This document shows positions 11,001 through 20,000 of a stretch of DNA of 64,000 nt, one piece after another. Source of the stretch: a virus; IMG/VR virus record IMGVR_UViG_3300023178_000035; one strand, 5' to 3'. The notes under the pieces were generated by a model, which was given only the letters and a program-made list of their open reading frames with translations, was not told the DNA's origin and searched no databases. The translations under genes and the position numbers were made by a program. Numbering within the stretch: position 1 is the stretch's first letter; every line of letters starts with the position of its first letter.

Positions 11001-14000
11001 TTGTCGAACGAACTAATCCATTGCCGATTTCTAAACTTATTTCTCCATTTGTACCACCTTCTTCGATATTGTGAAGTAATTCTATGCTAGGTGCACTGGT
11101 ATATCCACTACCAGGGTTAACAATTTCTACCTTGGTTATCTTTCCGCTTGTTCCGACATATGTTTTGATTTCTGCGCCTGTGCCTCCGCCTCCGGACAAC
11201 TTAACAACAGGTGCAGTTCTGTACTTAGATCCTGCATTATTAATATGTACAGCGGTTACTTCATAACCATTGTTATTAGCCCAATGCTTATTTGGATAAT
11301 TTTCAATTATTTCATCTAAAACTGTTATTTCATTATCAACAATTTTAGTATCTGCATGAATTAATTTTCCATCTTGGGCGTCGTACACAGGTGTCAAGTC
11401 AAAATCTGTCACAAAGCTATTTGTAGGTTCTAATCTTTCATATGAACTTAAATATTCCCTTATTTTACTTTTGAACGGCTTAACTTCTTTTATGTATTCT
11501 TCATAGTCTGCAAGATTATCGTTGTTAAATGTGATGTCTTGTCGTAGCTGTCCTACATTGTGTTTTGCTTTAACAAAACTTGTTTTGAAAAGCCAGTCGG
11601 TATTTGTTTGTTCACTTAACACATATCTAAGGCTAGCAAAGAATAATCTGTTAAACTCCAGTAATAAATCATTAACAAATATATTATCTTTAATTGCACT
11701 TAGAATTGTTCTTAATTCGTATACTGGTAAAAAGTCATAAAACTTAATATCAAAACTATTACTATCGAAACCAAACGAAGGTGGTTCATAAAGATTAGAA
11801 CCAAATTCAATTGTTCCTTTTTCACGGCCGATTGTATCATAATCAATAGTGTAATCTAAGCTGTTGGTAACATCTTTTCTCTTCAATAAAAGCCAGCCGC
11901 CTGAGCCTACATTTTGTATTTTAACTATTTCATTTCTGTTTATGTTGGCATTTATAAGACCATGACTATTACTTACAATATGATCTATCCTAGTGTTCGC
12001 ATTAAATCCTGCAGCATACCAATCGATATAATTCCAGTAAAGAGTTGTATCATATTTTTGTTTGCTTTTTCTTATCCAAGATTCGCCATCTCTTTCATAA
12101 ATTGCCCATTTATTACTAATAGTGGAATCATTTTTTACAAGAACTGCGTATTTTCTAATTGTTAGTATTGTATCACTTAGATAATTTGTTCCTTGTTTTA
12201 CCACTGTTGCAGTTCTAACACGTCCTAGCGAATCAACTGTAACATTTACTTCTGCATCGCTGCCTTTACCATACACAATAACCGGCGGTGCATTTTTGTA
12301 TCCACGCCCTGGATTGGTGATTTCTACTTTTGTAATTTTACCGTTTTCTACTACCGGTGTTAAAATTGCAGGGATAAGTTTTTCTGTTTGTATATCAGCT
12401 AAATCTTCTAAATCATCTACAGACTCGTCATACAAATTAGATGATGCAGCTGGCGCTGGATCAGTATCAAACAACGGAGTTAAAGTTTTACTATCAACAA
12501 TTAGTGTATCTTTGAGTACAAGGTTTATTCTTTCTACAACTTGCTTCAAAGCTTCGAGTCTGTTAACAAACCAAGACTGACGTGGCTTTGACAAGTTACC
12601 ATATCTATATTTTGTTGGTATAGAAGTATCAGGCACAGGTAGTAAGTTACTATCATAACCTATTAAACTGTCAAACCATTTAGTAATTACATCATCAGTT
12701 GGTTGACTTGTTTCTAAATTTTCTGATATAATTTTATATTGAGTATGTACATTTACATCAGTATTCTCTTGGTTATAAAATTGTACATTCAGAGATACGT
12801 CTTTTGCGCTGAGATATTTGTTAACGTTATTAAGAACAAATCTGTCAGCTGATAAAAATGATATAGATTCTACACCATTGTTGTTTGGATCAGCAATGTA
12901 ACTACTAATAGCTTTTACACTGAAGTTTCTATCAGACTGAACTGGAATTGTTGTCTTATCTTTTACCCAGTAATAGTACTTGTTAGAAAATGTTTTTGCT
13001 ATTGTATCATAAACTTTTCTCGATACGTAAGTAGATTCTGTTTTAGCTGTTCCTGTAATTCCATTTCTAATAGCTTCTGCATTCCCAGCTTTTGATAATT
13101 CGTTGTATTTAGATGGAAGATATGGACTTTCAATCCATTCATAAACATCTACACTACTAGAACCAAACGCTGTGTTCCATGTTTGTGCACTGTAAATAAT
13201 TTCTGATTGATAAGGATTATAAAACTTTGCATTTGTCAGATCCCACCAGACCTGTCCTACTTGTTCAGAACCCCAAGTATTGTTTACGTCTACGTTGTCC
13301 GTATCTAATCCTACAGAATACACAGCCGGATCATCATTAGTTTTATAATTAATTTCTTGATCAGCAAGTCCTGATATTTTTCCTTGATTAATATCAATAT
13401 AATCAAGATTTGCTATTCGTGTATTTGTTTTTGTGTTATATAGATAAACTTCTTTGATTTTTTCTAGATCTACAGTAGATTGTATTTCACGAAGTGTACG
13501 CCACATGTTTTTGCTAGAATCTGTAATTTTAAAGTTATACACTTCGCCAATATTTGTACCAGTATAAGTTTGTGGTTTTATTGGTATGCCTATAAAAATA
13601 TCATTGTTTTTAAGCAAAACATGCTTGCCAAAATCACGCAAATTTTGATCTTTTGCATTAAGCTTTTGAGCTAGCAAATATTCATTATCAACATTTTCAT
13701 ACACATACACAATTCCTTGGAATTCATTTGTGTATGAAAAATTAGTAAACCCAGAATCAAAATATGTTTGACTATTATCGAAAATTGTTGGAGTAACTGC
13801 GTCGCTGTTTTTTGCACTGACTAATAATCTATTGCCATCAAAGTCGATGTTATACCCAAACTGCTCACCATTTTTATAATTAGAATTTTCTAAAGTATGA
13901 TCTAAAGTAAACTCTCCATTTACTTGCTTATATATAAACACTTGGCCTTCGTTGGACTGATATATGTCTTCAAGCGGCTTACTGATAGCTATAAACATAC

Positions 14001-17000
14001 CATCGCTACTTATTGCAGTTTTCCACTCATTAATCGCACTAGACTCGTCACCTGCAATCACAATCTGGCTGTGTTGATAATTTTCATCAACATTTCTATA
14101 CACCACAACAGTAGACGGCTTGTTTTCATAAGTAACTTTAGAAACAACTACTGCGCCATCTTTTGAAACATCAAACTCATCTCCAAAAGTTTCTACATTA
14201 TCATTATCTAACACGCTTGAAAAATCTGTACTGTCATTTATAACAACAATATTTGTGTTGTTAGGAATAAATCCTACATAATCCACGTAATCAGATTTTT
14301 TAGTCCAGTTGTCTAAACTAAATGCAGTACCAGCAACTATGTTTAGTCTTGCTTCGTATAACGCATCTCTATCTTCACTTACAAATACAATATCTCCCTG
14401 TCTGTATGCTAATGATTCATCGAATGGTCCTTTATAAGATTTAAACTTAGATGATTCCCAATCATAACTAACAGTCTCATATATGCCTTTGTTAAAGAAG
14501 TAAATTTTACCAGGCAGTGCGGCTGTGCCATTTCCAGCAGCTTGAACAAAAGCTTTATAAGTGTCACCTTTTTTACGTATTTTTACATTGGCGCCTAAAT
14601 TTGAATCTGTCTGTGCATCTTGCACTATATAAGATCCATATTCACTAAATGCAGTTCCGTCATTTTTATAAACAGAATACACACCTTGATTAGTGAATGA
14701 ACTTGCAGTTCCGGCAGTGTCAACAGGTATATTATACACTACTTCCCAATCGCTATTACTAATGCTAGGTGCTTCTTGTGCTCTAGGATCACCTAGAACT
14801 TGTCTGTTGGTGTAGAACCAATATTCAGCACCTTCTAAAATTTGCTGAGTAGGAAGACTTATGTCAGTTCCAGTATCTACAACTATTAATTTACCTATAG
14901 TAGCACTGCCTACAGATACATGCTGTATATCGCCTATTTCTCTATCCACTTGATAGATACCAGAGCCTCCGGATATTGCTAAAAATTCAATTTCAGATAA
15001 ATCACTATAACTTTCGCCTTTACTCCACGCACCAGTCACATCACTAACAAAAAGTGTAGCATCTAGATAATTTCTTTGAATGAATTGAACTTTTGCAGTA
15101 GCGCCAGTTCTTTTATCCCTTACAGTCTGGCCAACTTGTGGTATATATGGCTGTCCGTTAGTTTGGAATTTAGTAAATCTTAGTCCAATATAACCGTCCC
15201 AAAGTCCTGCAACAGATACTTCTTTGTTAGTATCAGCTGTAGTTAACCCTATATCAGTAATGTCTTTTTGCAAACCTGCAGAGTAATTTGGTAATTGATT
15301 TACATATAAATTAACTGTATCAGAAACACTTAACGTATCTGTAAGTGCTTTTGGAGCACGCACTACATACCTACTGTCTAATATTGTGCCGTTAGCATTA
15401 TTTGCGTTAGGGAAGCCCTCACTTGTTAAAACCCTGATGTAGCTATTTTTGTTGTTTTCGCTATCTATAACAGTAGTATTATTATCTAGAATGTTGTGAT
15501 ATGTATTACCAAAAGTACTATCATTTGCCATGTCAACATATACAAGACCTCGGCCTTGGTCGGATAATGTACTAGAATATGCTGGTGTATAATCGGGTGT
15601 ATCTATCCACCAAAACCCACCGTACACAGTGCCGTCAGCATCAGCTTGTTTTTCAAAGTCACCAATATACTCTCCTGATACTCTGTATAGTGAATCAGTT
15701 GAGTTAAATGATCCAGTTTTACTACGCAGATATACTACATATTTTCCGTCAGTGTTACTATGTACATAATCAATCTCAGCTGTGCCTGTATCAGTTTGTA
15801 CAGTTTCGCCTAATTCTGGTACTACTGTTAATGAGTCAAAGTAAATTACTGTATCTATGCTTCTACGTATTGCATGAGTACCATCAAAAAATGATTCATT
15901 TAAAACACTATAGTTGCCATTAAATGGCTGAGTAGCCGTTGGAAGTAAAACATCTTGGTAGCCGTAAGATAGAGTATTCCAGTCTAGTTTAATTTCCCAA
16001 TTGCCGGTGCTATCTTCTGTAATTGTGTTATCGTAAAGTGTTTTAGGTGCCCTAACCAGTATATGATTTACAGTGTCTGTAAACGGTGCTGTAGCAGTGC
16101 CGGATGGAATAGAATAATTACCTACATATATTACAGGCACATCGGCATTGGAATTGGTTTGGTTTTCTAGAGCGTATATATTTTGTACAGTGCTCGAGAA
16201 AGTATTAAAATTTACTCCAGCTGAACTGTACAACAGATCAAACTTTGCTCTCCATAGCCTATTTTTATAGGATACAATTTCATTTTTTGCATAGGTTGTG
16301 GTGTTAGAGAAAGCATTTTTAAATTTAGATTTTACATTAGATGCTTTTGGAGAACCTACAATTAACCATTGCCCATCTTCAGATAGTTCTATAGAAGAAC
16401 CAAAAGCTTGGCCGTCGGCAGCATAATCAGCAGGAGTAAGATACTGGTTGAAAACCCATTTTTTATTTTTGCCTGCTCTTCTATAAACATAAACTATACC
16501 GTTTAGACTGTTAGGATCTCCAACACATAAAACATTTCCAGAATTATTAGCGGTTATTGCTGTAGCAAATGTTGAAGACTTTGTAAATGAACTATCGTCT
16601 GCCGTACTAGGACCATCAAAAATCTCAGCTTCGGTGTATAAATTATCGTTTGTTAACACTTTCCATTCTGAATTTGTACCAATTTTATCAATCCATAATT
16701 TAGTATTAGGTTGAAAATAATTTTGCATTGCTGTGTTAGCATCGGCTGTATTTGCAAATCTAGCAGGTTCAAATCTTGTTAACTCTGCGTTAGATATAGC
16801 TCCAGTAAGAGAACCCACTGCATCTCTTGATGCTTCGGGTATTTCTAATTCTAATATAGCGTTTTCAACAGATACAACTTTTGCAAAAAAATCAAACTCA
16901 GAAAACTTTTTAATAGTAGTTTGAAGTTTGCTGCTGTCTTCTAATAATTCTGCTTGTGAACTTATACCATATACTGAGTGAATACCTACAATATCATCTT

Positions 17001-20000
17001 TTTCAATATCTTTTATTAAGTTATTTGTAGTAATTTTTATTGTACTTCCGACATTTATACTAGCAATATCAACGTCTGCTCTTATATGGCGATTTACACT
17101 CCATGATAAACCTTCTTTTCCTGCCCATACAAATTCATTGCGGCGTACAGTTTTGATTTTTGTTCCTACAAGATCGTCCATAGTATCTACAATTTTAACC
17201 ACATCTTCTTTGTGAACATAACCTGGTGAATTTGTAAATGTATCTACAACTACCTTTGTAGGGAAAGGATTGTTATCGTAATTTTTTGTAGGAACACTAA
17301 CTTCAAACGGCTTGAGTCTATATACAACATCACTTGTAAATTCAGAACTTTGATTTGTTAATAAAATAGGCTGCGGATTTGCAAGTATTTTTGATTCGTC
17401 AATAGGAGCTTCAAATTCGTCGAAAATGTCTACTCCACCATATTGTCCGTCTCGTATGGCCCATTCTTCATAAAATTCTAAACTATCTTTGTCGCTGCTT
17501 GCAAGAACATCAAACAATTTAGAAAGAGCGTTAGACGTGCCTTTTTCTAAAATCATACCTTGATAAAATTTGTACTGACTAACACTATTATTAATAATAT
17601 TTTCTAAATAGTCTCTTTTTTGATATCCGATTAAATGCTGTGCAAATCTTTGTTGTTCAGTATCAAGATTGTCACTATCTAAATCATAAAAATCAGTAAA
17701 CTGATTTGTTTTATATTCAAAGTTAGGGAAAAGTCCCTGTCTAGGTTGTTCTGATAATTTAATCCATTCTGCATCGTTAAACACAGTTGACGGTGCAACT
17801 TTTACATCTGCTACATAATAAAACTGTTTATGCTTTACAAGAGTGCCAATATCATAAGGCACATTTTGTTTCCATTCAGCAGCAGTAGCATCACTGTAAA
17901 TAAAGCCAGGAATGTTTGTACTACCTGTCCATTCTTCTGTTCTATAACCTAATAATTTTATTCTTTCTTGTCTATAACCTGGTGTTTTATCATAGATAAT
18001 ATCATTAAACACTGTTTCATTATCTAATAACACAACATGTTCAGTTTGAGTCATAGGCAGCTCAACATAAAACACACCCTGACCTGTAACGTCTGGATTT
18101 ATAAACATTACAAAGTCGTTATCAAGTCTACTCAATGTAGTGTTTTCTATGTCTAAATATGATCCGTCTGCTTGCAATAATGTATAATCGTTAGGACCTG
18201 TTAATATGTTACTTACAATAGTGCTATTACTTGCTAGCTGTAGATAAGATGCACTAGGGCTTAACGAAATAGCTGCACCCGAATCTAGATTGTATAATGT
18301 CCAAAACAAAAATTCTTGTATAGAATGTTTCCAATCTAAAACTTTGTTAATTGTATTATCAAAAAAGTCAAAAACAAATCCTTTAGACAACAAATATGCT
18401 TCATAACCTAGTAAGAAATCTACTACATCTTGTATTTCTGTAAACAGTGTACCGTAAGGAACTTCAACTACTTTGCTTTTGTTAAACTGAGTTGAAATTA
18501 TTGCATCACGCCCTCCTTCTATAGGAAGCTCTGCAAGTGGTGAAAAGTTTACTTCAGAAAATTCTGTTTCTTTATTATCTTTTGAACACCTATAAAATGC
18601 ACTGTTGTTTCTTACTATTGTGCCAGCAGTGTAAAAGTTTCCACTTACCCATTCTACAAAAGGTTCGCTTACTCCGCCTACATTTATTGCAAAGTCACTT
18701 TTTCTTGAAAGTATAGGATAAGTTAAAAAGTAGCTTCTATTAGAGCTATAACCTTTTATTAGAAAGCCTTCTGCAATTTTTTCTATAATAACGCCGCTGT
18801 AATTTAAAAGTTCTACTGGCGAACTTTCGTTTATTATAATTTTGTAATTTTCTTCAGGCACAAAGACATTGCCTTTGTTAAGTGGCGTTCTGCTATCTAA
18901 AATTAATTTTAACTTGGTCTTATCAGTAAATCCAGCTAACTTGAAACCAAGTTGATTTGTTAAAGACTGTACATTATTTTTATAATCTGTATATGTAGAT
19001 TCAACGTTGCTTTTTACATATTCAGCAATATAATTTATTACACCACTTGTAAATACATCAGTTGTATCTGATTTACTCATAGGAAATACAATATCTTCTA
19101 GTCTTATACGTTGTCCAGTAGGCTTGTATATTAAATTTCCTGCTAAGTTTCTAACTTGATTTATCTTATCAAACCCAGTGCCGAAAAGTTTACACGGTTT
19201 GTTTAACGCAAATGCAACTAGCGCAGCAAATGGATATTCACTTGATCTTCGCCATGCTGCTTCAACAGGTGCACCGTCACCGAACACCCAAGGCCTTTCT
19301 ATTAAATTAAAATTATAGTTAGACACAAGACCTATTTCTAGAGGCGACACTAAGTCACCATGTTCGTCCACAGGAATAATATTTGAAAGACCTGATCTTT
19401 TGTAATTTGATCTGTATTCTATTCTTTGTCCTGGTGTTTTCACAATACCTGCTTCGATATCTTCCCACATCAACAAGTTATCACTTGTATAAGGTGCTGC
19501 CCCATACGTATCCTGCCACCAAGTTGGTTCAATTGTTTCGCCTAGCATTTCCCAAGGATGTGTGTGCGGTCTATCAGTATCGTAATAATACTTGTATATT
19601 TCACGCCAAAAACCAGGTAATGAATTATTCTTACTGTCAAAACTTTCTGAATAATTGTAACTAAATCTATTTTCTCTTGAAAATGTCTGCGATGTATAGT
19701 CTATTGTTACAAACTTTGTCCATTGGAAAAAATCTCCTAATAAAGATTTGTCAATACTTTCACGTGATAAGCTTGTAGATCTGTAATAGCTTGGCTTTAC
19801 TTCTAAAATATTAAATTCAGATTCGTTGTATGATACTTTTAAATTATTATAGATTCTTTTTTCTAATTCAAGTAATAAATCATCTCGATAATCATCATAT
19901 GCTACTATAATAGAGCCGTCGTGTCCTTGTATTACTTTTGTATCAGTTTGATATGTTGTATCTACAAATATTTTAGGTTCATAGGCAGGATACAGTCCTA